NCBI GenBank assembly: GCA_951406725.2
Contig: OX597814.1
Location: 174,096,001-174,160,000, forward strand
DNA length: 64,000 nt
Reading direction: 5' to 3'
Origin: Octopus vulgaris
Taxonomy: Eukaryota
Positions 41,803-55,340 of this stretch are shown here, piece by piece. The notes under the pieces are model-generated. The model saw only the letters and a program-made list of their open reading frames with translations, was not told the DNA's origin and did no database searches. Position 1 is the first letter of the stretch, and each line of letters starts with the position of its first letter. A program made the translations under genes and the position numbers.

Positions 41803-42659
41803 CACATAGTGCATTCAGTGGTTTTGAGACATTTTTAGGAGAGGCAGTTACAGCTGTCCTAGATAATTGTAATATTAGTATATCATGACTATACATATGA
41901 TAAGCTGACCTGCCAAGTTTTGTTATTCCGAATTTAAAGAGATAGTTGTAACAGCTCTTTAAACACGCCTCTCTTAAAACTAATTATCACAGCTGACTAG
42001 TTTGCAGAATGCAGTCAGGATGTAAAATGAATTTGGAAATTTGCTATGCAATAAAGTTTTGTGTTAAACTGGGCAAAAGTGCTACAGACTGCATATGGAT
42101 TAACGTGTCTGTACCAAGCACCTGGTTTCTGCTGGCACAAGAGGCCTATCAAAACAAGTCCACCAGGAAGCTCATGATGATTCCTTTTTTTTCAACTGCA
42201 GGGGCACTGAATCCCCTCTTGCTAAGACAGTCAACAAAGAATACTTGTGGAGGTTTTGAGTGAGTTCAGGAAGAGATTTCAAAAGGCCAGAGCACCCACA
42301 CCAGTCCACAATTCCATTCTGGTGACCAACTACTTAACCGAAAGGGTCATCAGAACTCTCTCCCTCATGCTCCCTACAGTCCAGATCTTGCTCCCTGTGA
42401 CTTCTGGCTGTTCCATTGGCTGAAGAAGAAGATGAACCCTAAGCTGAAAAAGAAGATGAAAGAGGCTGTAACAAGAGTCCAGGACACCTTCACTTTGGAG
42501 GTCTTCCATGGGGCCTTCTTGAAGTGGCTGGTACACTGCAACAAGTGCATTGAAGTCAGAGGATCCCCAACTTTGAAGGATTTTAGGGTTTTGTACTTCT
42601 TTAAAATTAATAAATGTCTCTCCTGAAAAAGTTTTAAAACTTTCATAATGCACTTTGTA
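41803..42659 (+). mobile_element. Internally deleted mariner (DD34D-type) element
   Basis: YAIKFCVKLGKSAT and PHAPYSPDLAPCDFWLF; imperfect TIRs agtgcatt...gtttt / aaaac...aatgcact. Confidence 0.85.
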
Positions 42660-43329
42660 TATATACATACACACATATATACATACACACATTTGAATTT
42701 ATATCATCCTTAAAGATGTGATATAAAGGAGATTTGGTTGTTGTTTCTGGCATATCATCAACCATAAAGAGGCTCCTTTGTTGGCAGTTGTGATTGACAA
42801 TAGGTTGTGGTTTTTAGCCCCCTTTGGTATGAACCTACTTGAGACTGCTGCTGTTTCTTTTATACAAATATCTTGTTTTTAAAGAGATCATCTAAATTTC
42901 ATTTTATGTTCCAAAAACCAGCTTAATAGTGGCCAAGTTATTTTCAAAATTAATTGGAACCAAGGTAATGTATTTCAACAGAAATATGGTAACAAAAGGG
43001 TTAACCAGGTGGACATGTCATACTCAGACTGCATGGATTCAAAAGTTTTTTTACTAAGATCTGACTCAAGAAAACCACTAGAATAGTAGGAAACCAGTAA
43101 TGGTCTACATTAGCAAATAGTAAGTACTTCTAACTGTAGATGTGGCTGCGTGGTTAGGAAGCTTGCATCCCAACCATATGCTCTTGGGTTCAGTCCCACT
43201 GTGTGGCACCTTAGGCAGCTATTTTCTACTATATCCCTAGGCCAACCAAAGCCTGTGAATGGATTTGGTACACAGAAGCTAAAAAGGTCCCATCATGTTT
43301 ATAGATTCAAACACGCACACACACATAAT

Positions 43330-44225
43330 TATTTCTTGCTGCTCTTTGTACATCCTCTGCACTCAGGGCCCACATCTCACTATCATGCAGCATCATAGTT
43401 TTTAAAATCCATGTCTGTAGCCTCTTTGTTTTGACACAGGTGTCATGCAGTCTGCAGTTCACTTTCGGGCAGAAGCCCTTTGTTGTCTGTAATAATGGTA
43501 TCTCCTTACAGTAAGGTGGCAAGCTGGCAGAAACGTTAGCACGCCAAGTGAAATGCATAGCAGTATTTAATTTGCCTTTACATTCTGAGTTCAAATTCCG
43601 CCTAGGCCGACTTTACCTTTCATCCTTTCAGGGTCGATAAATTAAGTACCAGTTATGCACTGGGGTCAATATAATCGACTTAATCCATTTGTTTGTCCTT
43701 GTTTGTCCCCTCTGTGTTTAGCTCCTTGTGGGTAGTAAAGAAATAGGTACCTCCTTATGCTTTTTTTTCAACCCATTCTTGCCTTGGCTACTGTACTTTC
43801 TGAGCAACTGCCTCTCCTGCAGACTATGCTACCACCTAGGTAACAGAAGCCATCAACTATCAAACCAGCAGGGCACTTAAGAGAGTCTATTTCTGGTGGA
43901 CAACATAAGGAGCTTATACCTATACCTTTTCTGCCTGTTGAGCAAAGTTATTTCCCTTATGATACAGGAGTCTTGTCTTCTTTCCTGCATAGCATCACTT
44001 TAATCTTCACTAAATTTTCCTTGAGTCCTCTTGATATTAAGTTTAACTTCCATGCCTGGGTAATTTCACTATAGGTTCAGAAAGAAGAACCACATCATTA
44101 ACTAGTTAGAGATCCCATGGGCAACCAATCTTAAATTCCTCCAGGATGGACTATAGGACTATATTGAATAGAAGGGGACTGAGGATTGAATCTTGATGGA
44201 CTCCTATTCTCAGGCTAAATTTATT
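43330..44225 (-). mobile_element. RTE LINE remnant interrupted by a SINE B (43515-43745)
   Basis: IGVHQDSILSPLLFNIVL and MLHDSEMWALSAED. The SINE is flanked by ggtatctcctta / ggtacctcctta. Confidence 0.75.
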
Positions 44226-44492
44226 ACGGAAACTGAATTTGTTACTGAATGTATGTGAATATATGTATGTATATATATATATATATATAACGGGAAGGTT
44301 TACAAAAATAAACAAAAGACGAAGGCAGGTGGAGTACAAACAAACAATTGTATTAGTATGGCGCTCAGGAATAGAATATATATATATATATATATATACT
44401 ACAAAATTAGAAATTGGAGAAACATACTTAAATCAATAAAACATCAACTAACAGATGATACCCAATCAATACTTTATTGATATGTAATGGTG

Positions 44493-44747
44493 TAATAATA
44501 ATAATAATAATAATAATTGTGTACAGTGCTCAGGTGCACTACAACTCATCTAAAGTGTATATATAATCAGGTGAAGTTTCGGTGGATTTCGGAAAGCATG
44601 AGGGCCTTAAAAGATGCAGTGTCATGGGAGTCAGCAACTGACGCAGGCAGTTTATTCCATGCTTCAGCAACTCTGAGCGTGAAAAAATGTTTCCGAAAGT
44701 CATGGGAGCTGTATTGTTTTCTGACTTTGTAGGCATGTCCACGTGTG
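44493..44747 (-). mobile_element. CR1-type LINE 3' end
   Basis: TRGHAYKVRKQ...FRKHFFTLRVAEAWNKLP, followed by a (TTA)n tail. Confidence 0.8.
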
Positions 44748-44974
44748 ATCTGTTAGTTGATATTTTATTGATTTAAGTATGTTTCTCCATTTTCTAATTT
44801 TGTAGTATTAATTTACGGTAATATTATTACCTTTGCCCATATAATACAATAGATGAACTAATTGCTTGGCAATTTTTAACATCTATGTATTAGTCTTGTT
44901 GGGTACCTATCTAGCAGTATATTGGATATATGTTATCCCATGGTGGGTCGAATTTTTCAACCCCTATCTCATTT

Positions 44975-45006
<32 letters not shown>

Positions 45007-46050
45007 TTTGGGAGAATATTATCTTGGTTGGCAACAGAAAGAGCATCCACCTGCAGAAAATCTGCCTCAACAAACATAATCCGACCCATGCAAGCATGGA
45101 AAAGTGAATGTTATGATGACAGCAATGAAATATGATCAAAAGGTTTGGTGGTGGTTGCTGCAGAAAGACCGACAATTAGTGTGTGAAAACTTTCATTCTT
45201 CTGGATATGGGATCTTTTACAATAATCAATAGTGTGTCCCTATTTTGATGCATGCAGTGTCATCTTTGCCTTTTTACTTTGCTTTTTTTCTTTCTTTTTT
45301 TTTTCACACTTGTTAATTCTGGAAAGAGGGGCAGTAGGAAAGACATGCAGGGTTAGGATAGATTCCAGAGGGATGTTAATTTAGTAAGAAAGGATTGGGT
45401 ATAGAGGTTAATGTGGGGTTAGAGGGCAGGTTGGATGCAACAAGGATAATGAGAGACAGGGAGATAAGAAAGGAACAGTGATACCATAGTGATAGAGGCA
45501 TTTTTTGTTTACTTGCAGCTAGAAGTTCTACTAAAGCCTACTTAGCTTTTCAATTCAGTTAAGTAGTTTTTTAAGAAGATTCTAAGATGAGTCTTAAAAC
45601 ATATAACTGTATCTTGTAGATTACATTTTGTAGTCAGCATCAACTCTTAAATGAGTTCTTTTCTTCATTTGAAACTTAAAAAAAAGAAAAAAATTGAACT
45701 GCTACCTGGCATCCAACAACAGTAAGAAAGTCAGAAGTCATCACAAAGTACAGGTGCTTATTACTCTTTCTAAGGTACTAACTACATAATGACTGATCCT
45801 TTGGACAGCATACAATATATCAGTAGTGTTGCTGAAAGAAGTATTTGAACTCAGCATTAAAAGCATACAAAAGTCAGTCAGTTATATAATGTCCCAACTG
45901 CTTATGCATTCACTCTTACACCTATTTACTGCGTGGTAGATTGGGTCATTATTAACACTTGAGCCAGCACTTGATCAACTCAACCAGCTAAAACTTGTTA
46001 TCCTCATCAACTGTAAATCTGAGCAGATGAAGAAAATTTAATCTTCCCTA

Positions 46051-46440
46051 TACTCTTTTACTTGTTTCAGTCATTTGACTGTGGCCATGCTGGAGCACCG
46101 CCTTTAGTTGAGCAAATCGACCCCAGGACTTATTCTTTGTAAACCTAGTACTTATTCTATTAGTCTCTTTTGCCAAACCGCTAAGTTATGAGGACGTAAA
46201 CACACCAGCATCAGTTGTCAAGCGATGTTGTGGGGACATACACAGACACACAAACACACACACATATACATATTTACGACAGGCTTCTTTCAGTTTCCGT
46301 CTACCAGATCCACTCACAAGGCTTTGGTCAGCCCGAGGCTATAGTAGAAGACACTTTCCAAGGTGCCACGCAGTGGGACTGAACCTGGAACCATGTGGTT
46401 GGTAAGCAAGCTACTTACCACACTGCCACTCCTACGCCTA
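46051..46440 (-). mobile_element. SINE family A, full length
   Basis: Reverse complement of the 16755 copy. Confidence 0.85.
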
Positions 46441-48191
46441 TAGGTTAAGATTAATTCTTCTTCAAACATCTTGGAAAATTTCTTAGACTTAAAAACCTTT
46501 ACAGTAATATTGAATTCTAACTACATTCACACAAGGCTGCTTACTTCAATTACCCCAGTGGGAGGAAAATTAGAAGTCAACTCCAGTGGAATTTGAACCT
46601 GTTTGGCCACTTTAATATTGATTTCTGACTTCAGGCCACACAATTTTGGAAGACTGGGGTGGTACAGCAGCTTAAATTGACCCAAGAATTTTTGACTGCT
46701 TCCTATTTTACCAATACCAGAAGAAAAAAAAACAAAGCCAAATTAAGGTTTTATTTCTAGAAAACATGGTAGCACGCTTCTAGAAAGTTCTTTTCTATTT
46801 TAGTAATGGATATATTAGTTGATGACAAGTTTTCATCTAAAGGTCAGTTTGTATATATTAAAAATGGAATAAGTCAGCTATCAGTATTTGTATTGGTGAA
46901 TTATGTTTATTGCTAATCACCTCACACAACTGCTTCGATGGTATTGTAACCACACATCCTTCGCCTGCAAGCATGCTGACCATTACAAAACAATCAATAC
47001 TGCTCAATCTGTTATTTAAAACATCATTATCATTATCAGCTTTTCTATGCTGGCATGTGTTGGACAGGATCTTATTTGAGGTTACTTCCTCCCTAGAGGG
47101 ATCAGAACAACGTCTTACTTCTACATTATATGTTGGGGGTATGGCTTCTACAAATGGATGCCTTTCCTATTGCTAACTACTTTACAGAGTGCACTGGGTG
47201 CATTTTATCATAGCACAGCATTAGGAAGATTATCTTGTCTCTAGGAAGTCCAGTCCTCACTATCCTACAGGGTCTCTGTCCTTTCACTAACAATTTTACA
47301 GAGTGTACTAGGGGCATTTTATTGTGGCACCAACACTAGGAATGTCTGAAAAGACTTCTATGTCCTACATTGTTTCTTCTCATTTGTTCTCTGGCACCAG
47401 AGAGATGGGTATCTCACTCACAGCAAGTCTTAACGATAGTTTTATTATAGTTAATTATCAGAAAGTTGATCTACTGTATAAATCATGGTGAATCATGACC
47501 AGGTAAAAAAAAAAAAGTATTGTAATCAAATGACTATCAGGTAACCAAATGACAATACAATGTGTATGTGTGTATACACACACATTTTAGTTCAAGTAAG
47601 TGTTTGCAGTCCTCATAAACTTTGCAGGTCTATCCACTATATTCGTGAGGTTGATATTTAGCCTGAATTTCTACAGGTTGTTCTTGCTATCTAACTGCAT
47701 GTCAACTCTGATTAAGCAGACATGTGATCAAGCATTCTAGCCATGGCCATTTCATCTGGGGGTTTTCTCCACTCACATCTCATACTACATTACCCAATAT
47801 AGTTTGAGTAAGATTTGGCTGCTGTTTTGCATAGGTTGAAAGACTTCAATTGAGAATAAGGTCTTAGAAAAAATGTTTCAAATGTAGAGTTTTGTGAAAT
47901 AAGACTCACCAGGGTTGTAGAGAAAAGACTAGAGAATCAGGTGGTCATGGATGATAACCAGCAATGTAGAATTCAAAAGCACAAGTGACAGTCTTCATGG
48001 TCTAAATAAAGCATGGCCAACTGTTTTCAAGAAGTAGGTCACCTGAGACATACTTCATCATAAAATGGGCTGCACTACAAAAAAAAAAAAAAAAATTCAT
48101 GGTAATTTTTCATTAGGCCTGCCATTCAGAAAATCCCACATGCCACTGTTTGCTTATGACTGGTATAAATAAAGATTAAATGGAATAAAAA

Positions 48192-48565
48192 GGCATAGGA
48201 GTGGCTGTGTGGTAAGTAGCTTGCTTATGAACCACATGGGTCTGGGTTCAGTCCCACTGCGTGGCACCTTGGGCAAGTGTCTTCTACTATTGCCTCAGGC
48301 CAACAATAACATTGTGAGTAGATTTGGTAGACGGAAACTGAAAGAAGCCCGTGTGTGTGTCTGTGTTTGTCCCCCTAGCATTGCTTGACAACCGATGGAG
48401 GTATGTTTATGTCCCCGTTACTTAGCGGTTCGGCAAAAGAGACCGATAGAATAAGTACTAGGCTAACAAAGAATAAGTCCTGGGGTTGATTTGCTCGACT
48501 AAAGGCGGTGCTCCAGCATGGCCACGGTCAAATGACTGAAACAAGTAAAAGGATAAAAAGAGTAA
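48192..48565 (+). mobile_element. SINE family A, full length
   Basis: Same head, body and tail as 16755. Confidence 0.85.
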
Positions 48566-49114
48566 ATAAACTGAACGAAGTAGGAGTAATATTGCATATG
48601 AAGAGGGGGAAGAAAGAGTAATATAAATTAGTTGAACCAAGTGTTTCATTGTTTGTTTGTTTGTTTTTTTTTCTTATTTTTATTACCAAGGTTAACTTCA
48701 AAATACTTATACTGATTTATAATGGTAATTTGGAAGTGGGTAGTAACACTACCTGTGGTGGTTCTAGAGATGGGGAAAATGTTTTAGTGAAGCTTCTCCT
48801 TTACCACTGACGTGTGCATATTTCACCATTAGTTATTTGGGTGCATCTCTCTTCTGCAAACTGCTTGGTGCTCTAAAGTATGTGTATTCACCTCTCAACA
48901 CACTTCATTCACTCCTGGAACTCGTATACATTTACTGCACTGTACCACATTGTATACATCAAACTTCACCTAAATATACTACATCACACTCAGTACTCTA
49001 CACTTTACTCAGTATACCTTACTCAGTTGAACCACAAGACTTTGTAGGCAATGCTGTTGCACTACACTCAGTAGACAACCCTTAACTCAAGAAGTCATGT
49101 GGTTGCTCAAGAAA

Positions 49115-49342
49115 TAGCAAGCTGGCAGAAACGTTAGCATGCCGGGCGAAATGCTTAGCGGTATTTTGTCTGCCACTACATTCTGAGTTCAAATTCCGCC
49201 GAGGTCGACTTTGCCTGTCATCCTTTTGGGGTTAATAAATTAAGTACCAGTGACGCACTGGGGTCGATGTAATCGACTTAATCCATTTGTCTGTCCTTGT
49301 TTGTCCAATCTGCGTTTAGCTCCTTGTGGGTAGTAAAGAAAA
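49115..49342 (+). mobile_element. SINE family B
   Basis: gctggcagaaacgttagc...gggtagtaaagaaa. Confidence 0.82.
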
Positions 49343-49721
49343 GAACTTGATTCAAGAGCAAAATGTATTGAAACAACACAGCAACTACAACTGATACATG
49401 CCTGAAGTATAGTGTACACCTGTGTCATAAGCTTCCACATACATGGCTGGTTTGTTGATTGAATAACTGTAAGAAACCATCAAGCAAGCTAATTTAATAA
49501 ACAAATTTACATTCCCATTTAATACATGCAGCCATCATGTTTGTCATTTTAAACTTGCACAAATGAAGTTGATGCTTGCTAATTTTTAAGTCCTTTTAGA
49601 TTAGGTCTGCTTTCATAGGATTTGCACAGGAAAATATCAGTTGTAATAGGAAATATCTAAACAATGATCAGAATTATTCTTAAATCAAAGTAATGAGCTA
49701 TAGTTGAATAAGTTGGCACAT

Positions 49722-50055
49722 AGGTGCAGGAGTGGCTGTGTGGTAAGTAGCTTGCTTACCAACCACATGGTTCCAGGTTCATTCCCACTGTGTGGCATCT
49801 TGGGCAAATGTCTTCTACTATAGCCTCGGGCCGACCAATGCCTTGTGAGTGGATTTGGTAGACAGAAACTGAAAGAAGCCCATTGTATATATGTATGTGT
49901 GTGGATGTGTTTACGTCCCCATAACTTAGCGGTTCGGCAAAAGATACCGGTAGAATAAGTACTGGGCTTACAAAGAATAAGTCCTGGGGTTGATTTGCTC
50001 GACTAAAGGTGGTGCTCCAGCATGGCCGCTGTCAAATGACTGAAACAAGTAAAAG
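49722..50055 (+). mobile_element. SINE family A
   Basis: Same family, with an internal deletion after the TA/TG tract. Confidence 0.83.
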
Positions 50056-50246
50056 TTATAGAAACGAAAGTGAAGCCATCATAATAATTCCTGACAAATT
50101 ACTCAATACTACAGATATTCCTTGAGAAAAGATTACATCAATTGAATGGATTCCATATTTATAACTCTGTCCCACCTTACCTACAAATCTGTGCATTGTA
50201 TCAGTGTAATAGATCATTTTTATTATAGTCACTGTCATTATCCACT

Positions 50247-50473
50247 TTAACCCTTTAATATTTAAACCGGCCATATCCGACCAAAATATTTAATCTGTTT
50301 TATGTTCAAACTGACCAGATCCAGGCTCTCACACCTACCCTACAATGTTATTCTACATTAAGTAATTACACCATCAAGATCTTGAAGACTTGAGATAATG
50401 CATGATTAATTCAAATCAATGTGAATTAATAAGCATTATGTTTGATAGAATAATCAGAAAACTAAAGGGTTAA
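50247..50473 (-). mobile_element. piggyBac-type MITE family 2
   Basis: 227 bp; its reverse complement differs from 24003-24229 at about 10 positions (hand alignment). Confidence 0.88.
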
Positions 50474-50703
50474 AGAATGAGTTGCCCATTTTGGAGTAAT
50501 CTTTGAGCCAGCTTTATCCAATGCCAATGCATGTTATGTGTTTTATAGCTAGCCTTAGTTGATCTGATTTCCAATATAGAAAATAGCTGCTCTCTACTCA
50601 CCAGAGATTAATGACAACTCCAAATTACTTGATTGACCATAATAATTCTATTGAGTTAGTGTAGCTGTTGTTGTTATCTGTTTGTCTTTTTATTTCACTG
50701 CAG

Positions 50704-50850
50704 AATCAAATTTGTACCAACCAAATCAAAAGGATGGATGGAGAGAACAAACTGTTGAAAGAGAAGATTCTAGAAGAAGAAGATAAAGAAAAGATGTTAC
50801 AATTAAGTATCAAAGATCTGAAGAGAGAAGGTGATAATCTTGCATCAGAA
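50704..50850 (+). CDS. EVI5: EVI5 exon F: NQICTNQIKRMDGENKLLKEK...DNLASE
   Basis: Acceptor tttcactgcag, donor GAA|gtgagt, 147 nt, phase 0/0. Continues ELETQ|NQI as in EVI5, after a 22.7 kb intron. Confidence 0.92.
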
Positions 50851-51051
50851 GTGAGTAGAATCTTTTTTTTTTCTCTTTAACTTGTGATTTGATAATTTAG
50901 ATCAGTGGTAAACATTAACCCTTTTTTTTTTTATGCCTATGAACCCCTTAGATTCCTGTTTTATTCTACTGAACCTTTATAGCCATTCAATGTTTAAAAA
51001 AAAATGCCATTATATTTTTATGATTAAATATTAGGAATTATATAAAAACTG

Positions 51052-51269
51052 TTAACCCTTTCATTACCAAACCGGCTCTGCCTCTGAGTACAAATGTCTT
51101 GTTTTCATAAGTTTTGAATTCAAATCTTCCACCAAACCTTAGTCACAATTTATGTTCCCAACACTAGCTGAATGATAACTAAGTTATTTTACTAAATTCT
51201 TTGTTATATTTAAAGTAATTGAAAGAAATACAGAGCATCTCAAAATAAATACGGTAATGAAAGGGTTAA
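51052..51269. mobile_element. piggyBac-type MITE family 1 (opposite orientation to 15292 and 18156)
   Basis: TTAACCCTTTCATTACC...GGTAATGAAAGGGTTAA. Confidence 0.87.
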
Positions 51270-51420
51270 ACTATTTTGTGTACTGTGGAAAGATAAACAA
51301 TTTATTGCACATAAATTTTAAGAACTACTAATCTAGATGTTTACAGATAACTTTTGTTGTTGCTGTCATTGCTTGAAAAAGCAGACTTATGACTAAAAGA
51401 ATTGTAGCTTTATTTTTTAT

Positions 51421-51932
51421 TCATCATCATCATCGTTTAACGTCCACTTTCCATGCTAGCATGGGTTGGGCGATTTTAACTGAGGGCTGGCGAACCAGAT
51501 GGCTGCACCAGGCTCCAATCTTGATCCGGCAGAGTTTCTACAGCTGGATGCCCTTCCTAACGCCAACCACTCCGAGAGTGTAGTGGGTGCTTTTTACGTG
51601 CCACCGGCATGGTGGCCAGTCAGGCGGTACTGGCAATGACCTTGCTCAAATCTTTTCACACATTCCACCGGCACAGGTGCCAGTAAGGTGATGCTGGTAA
51701 CGATCACGCTCGATTGGTGCCAGTTAGCCGCTCTGGCATTGATCACACTCGGATGGCGCTCTTGGCACCCTACTAGTATAAGCACAAGTGCCAGTAAGGC
51801 GACGCTGGTAATGATCACATTCAAATGGTGCCTTTTTATGTGCCACTGGCACGGAAGTCAGTTAGCCGCTCTGTCAATGATCACACTCGTATGGTGCTCT
51901 TTGCACCCTGCTAGCACGGATGCCAGTCATCG
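51421..51932 (-). mobile_element. SINE family C with internal GC-rich tandem units
   Basis: Same tail and core as 7892; repeats of gtgccagtaagg...gatcac. Confidence 0.75.
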
Positions 51933-52154
51933 AATTTATTATTATTGTTATTATTTTTATTTTTATATACTTTTCTTTAAGGTTGTATATCCATGACTAC
52001 ATTAACCATGATGTCCATTTTTCAAGATGATAGGGTGTGATATGAGAGAGATATGATAGCTATTTCTACTATATCTAGCTGGTTAAACAATATGTAGAAT
52101 TATATTTTACTATTATCGTAACATATAGATTTATGTTTCACTGTTGTTTTATAG

Positions 52155-52250
52155 CGAAAAGAAGATCTCATGATGTTTAGAATTAAAGAAGCTGAGGCTG
52201 CACAGATGGTGGGAGAACTGAAGCAAAAAATTGCTCATTTAGAAGTACAG
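52155..52250 (+). CDS. EVI5: EVI5 exon G: RKEDLMMFRIKEAEAAQMVGELKQKIAHLEVQ
   Basis: Acceptor ttgttttatag, donor CAG|gtaagc, 96 nt, phase 0/0; coiled-coil repeat 4. Confidence 0.92.
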
Positions 52251-53577
52251 GTAAGCGTTGTGTACATTTGTAGTTGAATTCACTGCTATATTTCATTTAA
52301 CACAGTGTAACATATTGACTCAAATGAGTACCATTGAAGAAAACATTTTTAGATGTACCACCAGCTATATGGCCACTTGAGTTGTTGGAAATAGTAGCCA
52401 ATGCACCTTCAAACCATCTTGAAAAGTGGTGAACACATTGGATAATGGAGATAAAAATGAGATGATCCTGGCTGGAATGCCTTCAATCATACATTTTCTA
52501 TATAAGGGCTAACCTGGGGTTAGACAACCGCAATAGCTATTACAACAAGCAAACAAGAAAATGTTATATGATTACTCAACTCCAGCCAAATCTTCTTTAA
52601 ATCATAATCTACTATAATAATTAATAAATAATTGACATTGGGTTGTATAATCCATGATGTATTATGACTAATGAAAATTTGAGATGGTCACAATTGGAAC
52701 ACCACTAATTCACAGTGCTGTGGCTAAAGTAGAAAACACTTGTCTGAAGTGCCATATAGTGAAATATAAGTTGAGACTATGTGCTGGCCAAGTGAGCTCT
52801 GTATATATACACATGCACACATAAGCGCACATATTTATCTTATTACTTTTTAGAGGTAGAGAGAATAGTATAACTAGATCTGACTAAAGACTCTGATTTT
52901 TTTGTTAAGGTTTAATTAGAAATTCTTTAACAATTTTCTTGCTTTCTTTATCATAGTCAACTCATACTGTTTCGATAATTAGTGTGATGCTTTTAGTATG
53001 TAAATATCATTATCATCATCATTGTTTAACATCCGCCTTTCATGCAGACATGAGTTGGACAGTTTGGCAGGAGCCAGCGAGCTAGAAGACTACCCCAGGC
53101 TACTGTGTCTGTTTTGGCAGGGTTTTTTATGGCTGGATACCCTTCCTAACACCAACCACTCCACAGAGTGGACCTAGTACTTTTTATGTGGCCCCAGCAC
53201 AAGCAAGGTCGGTTTTAGCAAGGTTTTACAGTTGGATGCCCTTCCAAACTTCCAAATGCCAACCACTTTGTAGAGTGGACTTGATATATTGAATCATTTT
53301 CTGGCCCAGGTGACTTTGTCGATATGTTATTGGATTACTAACTTATGTGTCTTGTGTTGAAATTCACATAGATGTTGTTGTGCCACTTCACTGAAATTTT
53401 TAACTCTATATCCTTCAATAGAGAATAAATAGGTGATAATACGTATCTTGTTGTGACATTATAGCCAGCGTATGATTTATTTCCTATATGCTTGGTCTAT
53501 GAAACCAGTGTTAAACATTGGTTTTATCTTGCATACTAAATCTCATGCACTAGATCTATACTTTTTATGTAGCTCAT

Positions 53578-53608
<31 letters not shown>

Positions 53609-53766
53609 AGGTCAGGGAAGATGACTGAATCAATCAGACTTACTTTAAAAAGCTTAGAACTTCCCTTTTCTGAGTTTTCAGATACAAGAATAACAGAAAT
53701 AGAAATTGCTTAGTTTACATTATTGAAGTAAAGCTAAACGATGATTTATGTTTTTTCTCCATGCAG

Positions 53767-53853
53767 AAAGCTGAACTGATAACATCCAGACAACTGATGG
53801 TAAAAGGAGGAACGCAAGACTTAGAGAACAAAATCTATGATCTTCAGGATGAG
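53767..53853 (+). CDS. EVI5: EVI5 exon H: KAELITSRQLMVKGGTQDLENKIYDLQDE
   Basis: Acceptor ttttttctccatgcag, donor GAG|gtaagt, 87 nt, phase 0/0, open frame. Confidence 0.88.
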
Positions 53854-54350
53854 GTAAGTCTAAAATGCAAAGTATTGAAGTTGTCTCCCTTTTTTTAAAA
53901 TTATTGTTGCAATTCTGTTCCATGTCATCGTTATTAACAGAAATAGCAAATAGAAAAGTGGATGAGATGGTTTTGCTATTTTCGTTGTTTGCATAAGGAT
54001 CTGTTTAAAATAATTTGTTTATCCTCACATCCCCCCTTCTCCACACGCACACACCCAGAATGCGAAAAAAATAAACAAATAAAAGACACAGGTACTAACA
54101 GTGTAATGTACAAACCCATATACACGCACTCAAGATACACATGCAGACGTTGTAAATGCATACACCAATAGTGATTCATACCACAGAAAGACAAAATGGA
54201 ATAGACAGGACAAGACCAGAGAGAAGAGGAGACACAAGAAACATAAAGTCATTGAAGAGGTCACAGGAATGTGACAAAAAACTCTGACAAATAAACTAAT
54301 AATAATAATAATGGTCAAATAAATTATGTGTATGCTTATTAATAATAAAT

Positions 54351-54588
54351 AAATGCACCCTTTTAAAACCTAGCCAAGCTCATGGGCCCGGTTTCCATGG
54401 CGTATGTGTTCCCCAGCTTGATGGGACACCACTTCGTCGCAGGATTACTCATTTTTGCCAGCTGAGTGGACTGGAGCAACATGAAATAAAGTGTTTTGCT
54501 CAAGAACACAACGCGTCGCCTGGTCCAGATATCGAAACCACAATCTTACGATCATGATGCTGACACCATAACCACTAAGCCACATGCC
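54351..54588 (-). mobile_element. tRNA-derived SINE family E
   Basis: Minus-strand head ggcatgtggcttagtggttatggtgtc. Confidence 0.72.
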
Positions 54589-55022
54589 TAAACAAATGGC
54601 ATCTCCCAAATATAGCAATATCTGTTTCAACACATAGTTTAACACCAAGAATCTTGCAAAACAAATACATAAGAAAATTTTTATTCGTTTCTTTTGTGCT
54701 TTGAATGATTCTTTAGAAGCGGAGGGATATTACTCAAGGCCTAGAGTTGGGGAAAATCAGATAAGTTTTAGTTGTGCAGCCACTTAACCTCACATCTATT
54801 CTACCTTATCATTAAGGTTTACCACAACAGCTTACATGGGTTCTTTTTCTCCAAATTTATATATTTGCATGTGAATTTTTCATTCCTAATTTTACAATTG
54901 AACAGACTTCTTACTTGCTATCCACTATGGAATGTGAGTGCTTACCTATTTTAAATTAGGCAAACTCTCACTAATTCATTCTATTTTCTTTCATTCATTT
55001 TTGTTCTATTTCAATTCTACAG

Positions 55023-55340
55023 GTATTGCAACTAAAAATGGACCATGGAAAAGGTTTAGAAACTGCTACTATGGTTGGTAGTTTCATGAGTGTTGGTGGA
55101 GATGATGAAGAAATGAGAGAGCTGATGGATTCTGAGACACTCAACAGGACATTAACTGAAATTATTGAAGGCAAATCTGACACTTCAGCTCATTTGAATG
55201 GCTTTCTTGACCTGAGCCCCAACAATACAGACTCTGAATCACAAAACAATGAAACTACCGGTGAAGATGACAGCTTGGCTGTCCTGGAGAAAACTGTACA
55301 ATCTTTTGAAAGGTCATTAGAAGATAAATCGGCTGTTTGA
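55023..55340 (+). CDS. EVI5: EVI5 terminal coding exon I: VLQLKMDHG...acidic tail...EDKSAV*
   Basis: Long pyrimidine tract ending ttctacag; 105 codons plus TGA, in frame with exon H. Confidence 0.87.
   Translation, partial: VLQLKMDHGKGLETATMVGSFMSVGGDDEEMRELMDSETLNRTLTEIIEGKSDTSAHLNGFLDLSPNNTDSESQNNETTGEDDSLAVLEKTVQSFERSLEDKSAV

Noticed and set aside
55021-55028. Recursive splice site AG|GTATTG at the start of exon I
   Set aside because: The donor match is weak and the sequence is explained by the Val-Leu codons.
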